Origin: Podarcis muralis
Lineage: Eukaryota
NCBI RefSeq assembly: GCF_964188315.1
Contig: NC_135655.1
Span: forward strand, 67,580,001-67,644,000
Direction of reading: 5' to 3'
Length of the DNA stretch: 64,000 bases
The position numbers and the translations under genes were made by a program. The notes beneath the pieces were generated by a model. It was not told the origin of the DNA. It worked only from the letters and a program-made list of their open reading frames with translations, and did no database searches. Within the stretch, counting starts at the first letter, position 1, and every line of letters begins with the position of its first letter. Shown here piece by piece: positions 25,401 to 39,315 of this stretch.

Positions 25401-27387
25401 TCTTTCTTTTTCCAAAACAGAGCTAAATTGTGGAACAAAACTAGCATTCCATTGTATTATTTCTGCTACTCTTGCTGGCTCATTGTCACACACTTGTTGC
25501 ACTGCTAAATTCTACCGATAACTATAATATTTAGCTTTGTTCTTTGTGCGAATTTGAATTCTCATCCAGCCTTCAGCACCCCTATGGTCTTTTCCCTCCA
25601 AAGCAGCAGTCCACATGCAGCTCTTAATATTTGCAAACCTCTCTCTTTGTTCTACGAAAATGCTTTAAACATGCAAAGGGAAAGTCCTTCTGCCATAGAA
25701 CAGGTAAGTGGCATCTTTGTCAAAATGTTTTTTTTTTTGTTTTGTTTTAGACTTGTAGTAAACAACTTTGAATTCCTTTATATTTTCATTATGAGTCACT
25801 TTGTGTTTCCTTTATAAAGGAAAATCATATCACAATAATCAAAGGAAGAGCAGGACCCCTGTGAGCATCGTGCTGACCCCACCCGGCCAGTTTCAGGCCA
25901 GTGCTGGAGGAGCTGTGTTTACTCCTCTACGGAGGAGTAATCCTATCAATCTGTTTCAAAGTGAGAAGCAAGGGGCACAAAATCAAGCCTCTCATTTCTC
26001 AAAAAAAGCTGATCATTGCAATTACAGCTTTCTGAAGTGGGCTTGGGACACCTCCTGGGATCAGAGATGGCAACTCCAGGTGCGATGCCTGCAGTTCCTT
26101 GCCTAGCTGGGGAGAGCTGTATGGAAGCCTTTGTGTGTGCTTGGTTCTTACCCAGAATATGCAACTTAAAGCCCCGTCTTACACATTTCATTTTAGTCAA
26201 CATTCTGCACACTGTAAGCTTGGTTCACTATAAAAGGAGAAATATGGGTATTTGAATCAATAATAGGTTCACTCTGTTGAGAAGTATGGTTTTTATCCAC
26301 AGTTAGAATTTATTTGGCTTGTTTATTTACTCCACGTACATTTGAGGTAATGTAAATCACATGAGTAAAATAAATATACATACACCGGGAGATGCAAAAT
26401 GTGCACCCCATATGTGGGTCTGTGATGAATTTATGTAAATGCATAGCCATGAGGAGAAATCAAATCAAAACAGTGTAGCATTAACTCACATAGGAGACAA
26501 AGTGCATTTGAAAATTCTGTTTAATTTCCTTGACTGAGTATAACTCTGTTCTGCTAAAAATAAGCATCCCAAATCCAATGCTGTGCTGTTTCATGTCTTC
26601 ACCCTACTGCTGAACTTTTGAGGGTGTTATGGCATAATAGAGAAGACAAACCTCCCCATGCAATATACAAATCAGGCTGAAAGCTTTTTAAACAGGGGTT
26701 TCTTTCTCACACATTGTTAAATATTTGGATGCTTTGGGTAATCAAATGTAGCCCTGGAGCCAGACGACCTTAGTCTCTTGTAAGTTCTTGAATGTCCCAG
26801 GTGCCTCTGTAAAATTTCACCAGAGCCTCAGATATGCTACCGCTAATGTATATATAGGAGATGGGACAAATCTGACAGTTTCAGGTTCTCATTTTCCACA
26901 TTTCTGCATCAGTTTTTTGTTTTAAATGGCCTCATGAAAATTCATTTTAGTGCAAATTTCTCTCAATGTACATATTTTGCATGCCGTTTCGCCTGATACA
27001 AACATTTTTGCAAGAAAATTTCCCCATGTATAGTGTGTTTTAAATGTTTTTTCCTCACTAATATATGCACATTTATGCGCACTCCCTCTAATATATGCAT
27101 TTCAGTAAACATGGGAATGAAAGGGAGAAAGATGCCGTCACTTAGGGTCCCTGGGACACAAGCACCTGATGAACCCCAACTTAGAACATATAGTTAGGAT
27201 TGTGTCCAGGACACAAGATAAGTTATCCTATAACTATCTCCCCCTCCCCCCATTTCTATAGCACACATGTAAAGTACATTGCAATTCCTTATACCTCGTT
27301 TATTCCCTCAATAATCCTATAAGAAAAGTTAGCAGTTTGCCCAGTACACAGATGACCCCCAAACCTCAGGGACTACATTATACTATG

Positions 27388-27654
27388 TAGTGGTACCTTG
27401 GTACTTGAACGGTACCAAGATTTGCTCACAAACAAATTGGCTCCTGAACACCACAAACCCGGAAATGAGTGTTCTGGTTTGCGGACATTTTTCGGAAGCC
27501 AAACGTCTGACGCAGCTTCCGTGGTTTCCGTGGCTTCCAGTTGAGTGCAGGAAGCTCCTGCTGCCAATTGGAAGCCATGCCTTGGTTTTCGAACCATTTT
27601 GGGAGTCGAACGGACTCCCAGAACGGATTACATTCAAGAACCAAGGTACCACTG
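27388..27654 (+). mobile_element. Tc1/mariner MITE (same family as 40170-40420 and 49556-49797)
   Basis: Ends (t)agtggtaccttgg / ccaaggtaccactg. Shared core tgcaggaagctcctgc..ccaattggaagcc. The + strand is an arbitrary family orientation. Confidence 0.85.
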
Positions 27655-29280
27655 TTCTGAAAATTCTGCAGCCCAAAATCTACTCCTTGAAAGATATACC
27701 TCTTTCCTCCAGTTGTGCTTGGCACAGCTCTGCCTGAATTGCAAGTAAATCAAATTCTCTCTTGATAGTTTTGTGTACAGTATGTTACATTTTGCCAGAC
27801 AAAATCAGCCAAGCCTAGATTGTGATTTTTATCTCCACAGGATATTCTCAACAGGGTACAGGCAGCCTATTTTTAGTTTTTGATGCATTAAGCATTACAC
27901 CATTCTATCTAAGATTTTCTGCTCTTTTCTTTTTTTTGCAAATGTAATAGAAATATTGCAGGCTATGGGGGTTAGCACTCTTGAACCTGTTGATCTCCAT
28001 GGGAGAGATTTATGCACGTGCTTAACTCTTCCATTGGAGTAAATGGGACTTGTTAAATTAATTTCACTTTGGCTGACTCATGCTCAATATTGTCAGCATT
28101 CTGCCCACTTAAAACTCTGCCACAGGAAAAGTTCCCACTGCCTTCAGTTGGAGAGTCAGTCCAAACCCCATGTGGTTTCAGTGATATTAGAGAAATTATG
28201 GAAGATGTCCATACAAATAGAGTGTGACCATTAGTATTGTATGAAACAAGTGTTTGCAGTGACAGTTCATATGTTAAATGTCTCTCAGTAAATGTTTAAA
28301 TCTACATTTTATTTAGATACCACATCCATATTTAGCAGCAAATTGGTTTAAGACAATATTAAAAATTCAACTGCAAACAGGAATAAGAAAATTTCTAAAC
28401 AAAGTTAATTCAAGTGTTGTTTTTTTTAAAAAATGCAGAATTCCATTCTGGCTTGCAGAATTACATTGCAGAATGTTCCTAATAATGTATCCACAGAAGC
28501 TGTGTTGGTCTCATTGAGACTTCTGGGTAAGCATGCTTATAATTGCAGCTTTACTGGGTTATGCAAAAATTTCTTTTTTTTCTTGGCCTTTATTTGTGCC
28601 TCTGTTCTTCAACTTTTCACCATAATTTATTTCACATACAATGAAATAAAACTAGACTCACAGTAGAGGAAAATTCCATTGAACTCACATTGAACTCAGC
28701 AAAGCTTACCTCCAAGTCAACATGTAAGGTAGTAAACATACTTTGTTAGCCAGCAACCTTTAACCTGTTTAGCCAAATAGCAACATCCCCATTTATTTTC
28801 ATGGTTGTGGGTTGTACATCAAATAAATCTTAACTCAAAAAGAAAAATAACCATCCAAAATTCTTGCCAAGTGAGAAATGTGTCTTTTTACCTTGATAAA
28901 ATGCCAGTTCATATGTTGCTTTTATGTTTTTTTCATCATGAATGCTATATAACCCAGCTTCTTACTTTTCCCCTTCCAACCAGTTAAATTATCAGTAATC
29001 CTCTATAATACTCATGAACAGAAGGCAGAATCCAACAAAGCAGTTCCATTAGCATAAGGATTTCTGTTTGCACAGTGGAACTGCACTCTCTCCTCCTATG
29101 CACCCCCTCAAATCTGCACTGCACAGTTGGGGGAAAGCCATAGGATAAGGAAAGGGAGGGAAAATGTATTGCACAGACAGAAGGTCTTCCACTAGTAGAC
29201 TACTTTGTTGGATACCACCCGTAAGAGCTGCTATGTCTAATATTTTTGGTGATATTGGTGGTGGTGTTGACGATGATGAT

Positions 29281-29450
29281 ATTATTTATATGCTGCCCAT
29301 CTTGACTGGGTTGCCCCAGCCACTCTGGGCTGCTCCCAACAAAATATTAAAAACGCAATAAAACATCAAACATTAAAAACTTTCCTATACAGGGCTGCCT
29401 TCAGATGTCGTCTAAAAGTCAAATAGTTGTTTATTTCCTTGACATCTGAT
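29281..29450 (-). mobile_element. L2 3' end fragment
   Basis: Similar to 29721-29870 (gggctgccttcagatgtc.tctaaaagtc). Confidence 0.7.
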
Positions 29451-29675
29451 TAAGATCCAATTTTAATTAGCGGCTATGTTTTAGTTGTTACTTATCTTTT
29501 TAATCTGTTGTTTTATACAGTATTATATTATTACTATCTTGTACAATACCTTTAACAAAGAAATGAAAACATTTGTTACTGTCCCCTAATGTGTTGAAAA
29601 TTAGTAGCAAATTTATGGGCATTCTGTCACTGACTTTCCCATTCCTTCCACCTTGAGTCTGATTCAATATTAGTT

Positions 29676-29676
<1 letters not shown>

Positions 29677-29720
<44 letters not shown>
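29677..29720. repeat. (AAT)n microsatellite at L2 tail
   Basis: Direct tandem repeat. Confidence 0.95.
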
Positions 29721-30193
29721 TTTTTATTTATACCCTGCCCATCTCTGGGCGGCTTCCAACAAAGTATTAAAATACAGTAGTCTGCTAAACATTAAAAGCT
29801 TCCCTAAAGAGGGCTGCCTTCAGATGTCTTCTAAAAGTCTGGTGGTTGTTCTTCTCTTTGACATCTGTTGGGAGGGTGTTCCACAGGGCGGGTGCCACTA
29901 CCGAGAAGGCCCTCTGCCTGGTTCCCTGTAACTTGGCTTCTCGCAATGAGGGAACCGCCAGAAGGCCCTCGGTACTAGACCTCGGTATCCAGGCAATAGA
30001 CCTCAGCTCCCAGCCCCTCTAGATGGCCCAGAAGGATGTTATGGTTGATGGTATCAAAAGCCGCTGAGAGATCCAGCAGAACTAGGAAACAGCTCTCACC
30101 TTTGTCCCTAGCCTGCTGGAGATCATCGACCAGCGCGACCAAGGCACTTTCAGTCCCGTGATGAGGCCTGAATCCCATCTGGAAGGGATCCAG
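29721..30193 (-). mobile_element. L2 element with internal deletion (RT segment joined to 3' end)
   Basis: ORF 29975-30178 (-) GFRPHHGTESALVALVDDL...LVLLDLSAAFDTINH is a canonical L2 RT segment and abuts L2 3'-terminal sequence near 29995. Confidence 0.85.
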
Positions 30194-33100
30194 GGTTTAT
30201 TTAACAAAAGTTGAAGTCCGCTTTCTAGAACAAAAGACCTCCACGTGGCTAGAATATTCTTTTAAAATGCAATTGAAAAGCAATAATCAAGAGCAAGTTA
30301 TATCATAAAATTAAATATAAAATAAAATCAGTAATTTATTTATTTTTAAAGTATACCTCATAAAATCACACGCATTGGTAGGCATGCTTGGACAGGCTCT
30401 GTAAACAATACAGTGAAGGCGTCTGCGGGGAATTTCAAAGTGCAGGCGATGCCACACTAAAAGATTGATTTTGTGCAAGTGTGAAATGGCTGCTTTGAGG
30501 CACTTGCAAAAGTGCCAGCTTGGCAGATCTAAGTGGTGGAGTGGGAACATATGAGGTGAGGGAAGTAAATTACTCCACTGTGAGACGAACTGGTGCTCAT
30601 GGCCAGGCCCCTATTGTGTGTGTTAGCCAATACCTTCAATTTGTGCAGGGGCAGCCAAAATGTTGGGGAACGCCAGATTTGTGAACTCCTCAAATCCCTA
30701 TCAACCCGCACTAGCTGGAACTACTAGGAGTGAGGGCTACCCCTGACTCAGCGGATATGTAACTGCTGTTATTTTCCTCATTGCAACACCTCTTTCTGGA
30801 GCTTCTGTGATTGCACAAAACCCAGAAGCACGTGAGTCTCCAAACAGCATGCATGCTGCCCAGCCCCAGTGTGGCTGCAGTAAACAAAGGGTCTACCGGC
30901 TTGTGTGAGCCAGTCTGTTGGCATCCAACGTGCTCTTTAGTCGGTTCTTCATCTTTTAAGTCCTTAAGTACAAGTGGCACAATTTTTGATTCTCTAGGTT
31001 TCCCCACTACCCTCTCATTGTATGTCTTGACAAGGGCAAGACACTAAGAGCAAATAGTGCTAGACATTCAGTCTCCCACGTGCAGGTCCTCCTGTGGTTC
31101 TGACTGTGATAAATACAAAGCTCTCTTTCAAAAAAAAAAAAAAAAAAAAGGTTCAGAAGCCAGCAATTTTAATTCCAGAGTGGAAAGAAAATGCAGTTTG
31201 TTTTTATTTCAGGGATTCATCTGGAAACAAGCAGATTTGTAAGAGACCTCTTAACATTTTATACCAATTTGCTTCTGCTGCAAGTTATAACGGCTTAGGG
31301 GAATTATTGATGGTGCCTGAAAGCTTAGTTTGATTCTCCAAATATTCCTTTATTTGTCTCCCATGTTCAATTTATTAAGTACTTGTGTACAAGAGCATCA
31401 GTGCTTTGCACAATTCAAAGTGACGTCCTAGAAATAATGTACGTTTATATGGTATTTTACCAATGACAGAGATTCACCTTTGGATGAATTCTTCACTTTT
31501 TTAAAAAAAAGGCTCAAACAGAAGGTGTCCATTATCATACTGTTATGCAAGAAATTTTTGAGACTTAGGTTTGGGATAACTGGATACTACAGCTGAGCCG
31601 TCTGTTCCATGGTTTGCTTTTATTTTCTTTGTTGACCTGATAGTTTATTCATGGGCACAGTCTGGACCAGTGCCACTGTTTATAACGTACATAGGTTTCA
31701 TTTAAATTCTGAATGCCAAACTGCCATATTCTTCCTCAGGGTGTTCTGACTATGGCACTGAATTTCTGTGAGTTTTGATTTTTGCTGCAAAACTTGCCAT
31801 TTTGAGGTACACCAGTTGTTGTTTTTAAAGAAACCCCTTCCTTTTACTTTTCATGCATTTCCCCACACATGTTTGCAAGCCATTGAAAGTAATGCACTGC
31901 AGATTGAAAACATCCATCATTCAGAAGTTCCCAATCCAGAGTGTGTTACTTTCAGTAGATTGTGCCTCTCTGTTTACAGTCTATCCCAGCCAGTCAGTAT
32001 TGCACAGCTGGAATTGGACAAGGAAGCTTTGGTCCGGTTGCTTCCTAGCAACTGGCCCTCATTCTTTCTTCATCCAGATACCTGCCTTCCAGTGAGAGTG
32101 CATAAACAAAGCACTACACCAAAAGATGGAGTGTGTCATTGTGAATGCTGAGATGTTCACAAATTGATGGCAAGTAGTGTTGAGCGGAATCAGCATATTC
32201 TAAATCAGAGTTAGTCAATATGGTGCCCTATAGAGGTTGTGGACTAAAACTTCCATCATCCCTTTCCATTGACCATGCTCACTAGGGCTGATGGGAGGTG
32301 TGGTCCAACATCTGTTAGGCACTATATTGGTCATCCTTCGTCTAAGTATTCAGATAACATTCAGGGCCCTATTTATTCATTTTTTATTGTTTGGAAATGG
32401 AGTGGTGGGACCATGCTGGTAACCCTACCTTTGATGTCCTGTTTGGCACTAGCCATGACTCCTGAACACCTGTGGGTTGGTGCTGACCCCTAACTAGGAA
32501 AAGCTGATTTTACTCATAGGCTTGACCTATGCAGACATTCATACCAATACATGTATGCCCAAGAAACATAACCTTGGATGTCATCACACATGACATCAGG
32601 GGTGGATCTAGCAACACAGTCTCATGTAAACGTTTAAGACAGAGAAGAAAGTTGCCTCTTTAAAAAATGATTGAACTGCATGTCAACTAATTAATTAATT
32701 AAAGAAATATCTGGGTTTAAGGAAAACTTTCACAAACCTTTTGGGTGCTTTTGTAAAGCTTGTTTTAGAAACTTGTTGGACAGAAGCTATTTATTGCTTT
32801 TGGAAAGCATGATACAGATCCTGGCTTCCAACTATTATGTTTTTTCTACTTCACTTTCCATGCCTTACTAAAATACGAAGTCTTTATTTCTATGCATTAT
32901 AACTGTGTAGTGTTTGTAGCAGCATTGCATCTCTTGAGAGCTAAATTCAAAAAGCATTGAATTTGCAGATGACTCTGCTTCAATCCTAAGAATACTTATG
33001 TGAAACTAAGTGCCCCTAAAATCAATAGGACTGGCTTCCAAGCAAATGTGTTTACGGCTGCGTTGTAAGTGGAATAAACTAATATTGCTGCTGGAAGTGC

Positions 33101-33631
33101 AGTTTATAAACCAAGATGGAAAACATTTTCTCAAAAACAAATTCCATTGAAATCAATGAAATTTACTTCTGAGTAAATACCTAAGGATTGGCATGAGTGA
33201 CATCTTTATTATTACTTTGAAGCAAGTGGTTTCATCTTATAAAAATATTGCTTGCTGTCAAGCACTTTTCAGATGTGCTTATGAAGATGAGAAATCTTCA
33301 CAATAAATAACTGCTTTGTGTGAGCTGCATTTTGGAGCTTCCCTGATCTGTAACCTGAAAGCTGTCACTGGAGATAGAACAGCAAATGGCACCTTTGCCC
33401 CATGCCCACTCAAGATACATGAGGGGCGCCAACTTGCCCCCCACATTGAGGGGGCCCGGCGTCATTTGACGTCATATGCATGTCATGCGCAATCTGCGGG
33501 GAGCGCAACTAGGTGCTCCTTGTACAGTTTCCCATTGCCCCCTGCTGGTTTTGGGGGGTAGGGAGTGCAGAGGGTGATGCAAAATGGTATTAGTTTTTTC
33601 AATCAATTTCTCATAAAATTTACCCATCTTA

Positions 33632-33979
33632 AAAGGTAAAGGTACCCCTGCCCATACGGGCCAGTCATGTCCGACTCTAGGGTTGTGCGCTCATCTCACT
33701 CTAGAGGCCGGGGGCCAGCGCTGTCCGGAGACACTTCCGGGTCACGTGGCCAGCGTGACAAAGCTGCATCTGGCGAGCCAGCGCAGCACACGGAAACGCC
33801 GTTTACCTTCCCGCCAGTAAGCGGTCCCTATTTATCTACTTGCACCCGGGGGTGCTTTCGAACTGCTAGGTTGGCAGGCGCTGGGACCGAGCGACGGGAG
33901 CACACCCCGCCGCGGGGATTCGAACCGCCGACCTTTCGATTGGCAAGTCCTAGGCACTGAGGCTTTTACCCACAGCGCC
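33632..33979 (-). mobile_element. Full-length Sauria SINE
   Basis: Tail aaaggtaaaggtacccctg, tRNA-like head with B-box (ggattcgaacc read on +), TSD acccatctta at 33622-33631 and 33980-33989. Confidence 0.93.
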
Positions 33980-36900
33980 ACCCATCTTATATAGGGTTAA
34001 AATCACCAGTCTTGTTCCTGTATCCCAGAAGCTCATGTCCCCTTCTTCCCCTTTTGTTCTTAATCCTAAATGTGTATATTTATTAATCTTCATCCCTAAA
34101 TAGAGAAAACATGACTTCATGTAACATGATTAGTGTCTCTGACTCTCCATTAGGCAGATAAATTATAGGATTCTTTTGATCCTTTTAAAAAAAGTAATTA
34201 TTTATCAGGAATAGTTTGTTTTTAATTTTTAAAGTCCACCTTTCCTTATTTCTATTTGAGTTTTGCTGTGTGGTGGGGTTTTTTTCCAGCATTTTACATT
34301 GTTTCAAAGCAGTCAGATTTCAAATTGTTGACTTGAAATGTGAAGCTTGGATTTTGCCTGACATGTTAATTAGAACACCTGCAGGAAAAGATAATCAATG
34401 AAGTGAGATTAATTAGTAAATTGATTCAGCTAGAAATGCCAAAGCAGCTAATCTCCAGGGGGAGATAGAGCAAACTAGTTCCAGATCTCAAGTAATTGTT
34501 ACACTTCAGGAACTTTGAACTGTTAGTTCATTAGCTATTTTCAACTGGTGAGCAGGAAAGTATGAGGTCTATAGGCAATAATAAATAAATAAATAAACAA
34601 ATCACTAGCTCTAGTCTTCTCCAGTTTTAGAGAGGCTACATTTGGACATCATGGTAATACCATAGTTTCCTGTGATGAGAATAAGCCACAGTGAATCTCA
34701 GGTCTGCATGCTCCCCTGTCCTTTCTCCTCCTTTGTCACAGTTGCAAGGAAGAGTGCAGATGCTGTCATTTGCAATTTTCCTTAGCCACAGTTTAGTGTT
34801 ACATGAACCCTAAACTCTGGATAATGTTGACTGTGGTTTATTGCAACAAACCAGCTTCATAACCCATGATTTGAAGCCATTGTGCTTCAAACAAACAATT
34901 GTTAACATCAGCCACAGTTTGTCATGTTTGGATGACGTGACATGCTATGGTTAATTTCAGCTCCTCTCTGTAGCCACACTAGAGGACATAGAGGTGGGAG
35001 AAGTGTAGATCACCGCAGCTAGCTCATTCTCAGCATGCTAAATCAGGAGTGGGAAACATTTTTTAGCTCAGACACTGTATCCACCACCGAGCAGTCACCT
35101 AATATCCTTATAATGTCTGGAGAGTCGAAGTTCAAATTCAAGTCTCTGTTTGCTATTTAAAAAGCAGCAGGCAGAGGCTTGTCCCCAGTCTTGCACAGTG
35201 GGATCATAGTGCTAAGATCAGAGTATGTCTCTGCTGCTGCCTTTTATAATCAAAGTCTCAACTTGCACTCCATTAAATAACAACACTTGGTAATACTTAC
35301 ATGCAGACTTTTCTGCACAGGTATCTCTAGAATGATCAGACCAATAGATAGGAGTTGGCTCTTAAAGATGTTGGTGGATCGTAACACCCCAAGTACCCTC
35401 AAGGAATGCATTCTAGACAGACAGACACGAGCTTACAAAAATCAAGTAGTGATGGAGAGGAGAATTCAGGTTCTGCTGAAGAGAGGCATAAACAGGGCAG
35501 GCTCCGCAATCAAGTGTGTGTCGGGGGGGGGGGGCAAGGCAGGCTCCTCCCATTGGAATGCCATTGTTTGAGATACCAGAGACACTTATGGATGTGGTCA
35601 TGAAACAGACACATGAAGCATGTACCATACATGAAATATGTTCACTGGACTGGTGTGTGTTTGTGTGTGTAAATAGATGGATAGATAGAATAGAGATATA
35701 AATAGATAGATTCCTTAGTGTGCGTAGGAATTGAAAAATGGGAGAGATTTAAGAAAGACCTAGAAGTTTCCTGTTCAGAATTAAGATTCTACACACATTG
35801 GGGCATTTCCAGACTACATTAACTACCTTCAGTGTCTGGGCCAAGCACCATTCTGGTTGCATTAATTGTCAGTTGAATTTATAAAATAAACTATGCTCCT
35901 ACAGATTGCTATTTTGATCCCTTTATCTTTGGTGGTGCACCTAATGCAGCATGGCATCCCTAGCCAATAAAAAGGGTCTTACCAAGCGGTACCCCTAGTC
36001 CTTTATCACGGCCAGTCCACTCATAAGGCAGCCACCTTGTTCCATCCACCGCACCACCAGAGCAGTGAGGAGAAGTTGTGACCGTGGTTTCCAGCAAGAG
36101 CTCACAAGAGCTGCACAAGACCTTGGGAGAGTTCAGAAACAGCTCATGGGATCTCACCAGAAGCCACCGCTGCACAGCCCTGGTAAGCGAGACTTCGGCT
36201 GAGGGGACAGGGGCAGCACCTTCCCATTTCACCTCAGGTGGTGAAATGGGACAGGCCACCACTACTTTTTATTATTTTCCTGAGTTTGGCTGAGGCTTAC
36301 ACTGTTCTCTCCAAAGTCATTGTGAATAGGAGACGGATAGGATCCTGTGTGACTCTAGAACAGCCCTGTTGTATGTAGAATGCAGTAGCACCAAAGATTT
36401 ATAAGAAATAAGGCAGTACTATATCATTATTTATGTTCTCGGATAAATGTAAATATACAACTTCTTTATACTCTAAGGAATTAAGGCAATATGTATTTGT
36501 ATTTCTTAAGATAGTAACATGAGAGCATAGAGTTAGTGCTGGTATAATGCAGAGATAATACCACTGTACTGGCTTTGGGGCCCTTGGTGTTTTTTCAGTT
36601 GTGTACTAAAAGCTTAAGACAAAGCCAGAGATTTGTGAAAACAGTAGGTCTAGTTTTTGCCCCTAAGGAAGAAATTCAATTGCTAGAGGGTTCAAGTTAC
36701 AATCTGCGCCTCTGCATTCATAGCAGTGGGATTGGGATACTTAGAAAGCAAGAGTCTCTTTTGCATGAATCCTGACAACTGGCCAAAAAAAAAAAAAGCT
36801 TTTTGTTGTTTGAATGCTGGTACATCACAATGGTTGAAAAAGCAGAGATATTTCCACTCACAAACTAAGCAATAATTTTATCCCTCTATAAAGGCTTTGT

Positions 36901-39104
36901 CAAGTGCATACAGCGTTTTAGAAAAGTAAGCAAAGCATATTCCATTTATAACCCCAAAACAATTTCTAAAAGGACAAAGGAAGTGACAAGAAAGAAAAGT
37001 AGGATTTTAAAAAAAAGATTTTTACCAGCCATTTTACTCTTGCATATTTGTATTTGCCCTTTAGAAAAACTCAAAAGCTCCAGCAAAAGCTAAGCATGTT
37101 AAAACATACTGATTTAAACAGCATAGAGTTAAGTAAGTACTTTAATTATACAGTAGAAATCATTAGTTCTGAAGTATCTGATGTTGACTGGAGTGTGTCT
37201 GTGTTTGATGTCTCAGGGTATAGTTTTTCATTACAAAAAGATCAATAGAAAATAATTCAGAAGTATTTGTTCAATAAAGAGAAGGAATTATAAAGATCTG
37301 AACACTCCAATTTTAACATTTCAGAAATAAATCCCATTGATTTAAATGACATTTATTTCCAAATAAGTATATTTAGGAGTCTCATGTTGATCATTTAAGT
37401 ACCACTGCTATTTAAATCTCAAAGATTTTTACTGTGATTTTGTTTTGTACCATGTGCTTCATTTTTGTGCTTCAATGCATTTCCACTTCTTTCTATAAAT
37501 GACAATATAAGTCATGCTTTACCTTTCATGAGATTTTACTTTGAGATCTGTGTTTCTGGGTTGCTTCAGTCCTCAATGTAAAATCTACTACCAGCCTCAG
37601 TACTCCTTGCAAGGAGAGATTTCAGTGCTTCAGTCTAGGCTGAGCAAAAATCAGGTAAAAGACAATAAAATCCAAACATTTTTGGAAATGAAGGGGAAAA
37701 GGTGTTATGTGACTGCAAGTTTGAAAAGGGGGGGGGGGGGATGAGTATGTGCACTTTTAATAAAGCCTTAATTCCTTGTGATCAGTTTCCACTACAAACA
37801 TGTACTACAAACATGGATGTCAGAGAGTTCTGATGGAAATGGGAGCAGAAATTGCTGATGTTTGCTAATTCATCCTGTATCGGGAATTGAAATCAATCCA
37901 GCAAATACAATCAGTGTTCACTACTATTTCTTTCAGTCCACAAACAATACAAGATTAATTTTTCCTCCATTTGGATTGCGTTCACTTTAAATCGAAATGA
38001 ATGGGATGGAATAACATAAGGACAATGTAACGTGCACATTATATGTAATTTATGTAATTAATTATGTAAATGACACAAGTTACATATTTCTTTTCCACAG
38101 CAAGGCATGTAACCTAGTTTTTGGTGTAAACTGCCATGGAACAAATCAGTGATGAATGCAGGGCAAAATGGCAAACGATGCCTTCTTAAATCTCAAATTA
38201 CAAATATTCATCAGTTCATGCCCTAAAAAGGCAGAGAAAATGGTAAGAGTGTTGTATTAGGACTATAAAAAGCAATGTCACTGCAAGGCTGACAGTTTTG
38301 TCATTCCAAAGGGGAAAAGTTACCTGCTAGAAAGTAAAGTGCAATTCCTGAATCCACTCATTTCAAATGCGCAACAGCACACCATTCTCCTGTGTGTTTT
38401 CACTTGGAAAAGCTGCCATAAGGATCAGGAATAGCTTTCAGGCTGGGAAATTGGTGTATATTGCATTAAGCTTTCACCAGGGAGCTGGCAATTTATCTTT
38501 CAGATAATCATCTTGTGTTAAGTTGGACACCTTGCTGTAACTTTTTGCTACACGATAGACCAGGCCTCAATGAATAATTTACAGTGATGGGAGCATACTT
38601 CATCAAGTGAAGTCTTTATCACTTACAGCGGGTTTTCAAAGTTTGTTATTAACTTTGTGTCAAATGTTCGTCCCATGATAGCTTGGCAACATTTTATTGT
38701 TAGCATTACTGGAGTCAAGATTTCCCCTTTGAAGAAGATGCTGTTTCCCTGGGCAGAAATTCTGTATCTTACCTAGGTTGATGTGCTTAAGAAATGTGGG
38801 GATGGCTGAGAAAGTACAGTTATTAATCTATTTTAGGAGGCTCGGCAGTCCCCATTGCTTGCATGCTAAGGATCTCAAGACACAAAGCGGGCAGAGCAAA
38901 AGGATCAGCTGCAGATGATGGGGTGGAAAAGGCCTCTGCGGGGAGGTGCTGCCAGTCAGAATAGCTGGAACTCAGCTACATCATCAAAAAGTCTGACTCT
39001 GACCCGGTATAAGGCAATTTCCTGGGTTCCTGAACTATACATGGTGCTAATCACAGTTTGTTCATCCCCTAAAAGATGTTTTCACCACCTCCCTCTTCCT
39101 GTCT

Positions 39105-39315
39105 GGGGTAGTGATTAGGGTGTCAGACTAGGATCTGGAAGGCCAAGTTGAAATCCCTTGGCTGTAATGCTCACTGGGTTACCTTGAGCCCAGTCACTGC
39201 CTCTCAGTCTAACCTAGCTCACGAGGTGGTTGGGGGGATTAAATGAGGAGGGGGGAGTACTAGGTACGCCACCTTGAGCTCCTTGGAAGAAAAGGTAAGG
39301 TGTAGATGCAATCAA
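39105..39315 (+). mobile_element. tRNA-derived CORE-type SINE (Squam3/MIR-like)
   Basis: cagactaggatctggaaggccaagttgaaatccc...accttgagcccagtcac...gagctccttggaag. Confidence 0.7.
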
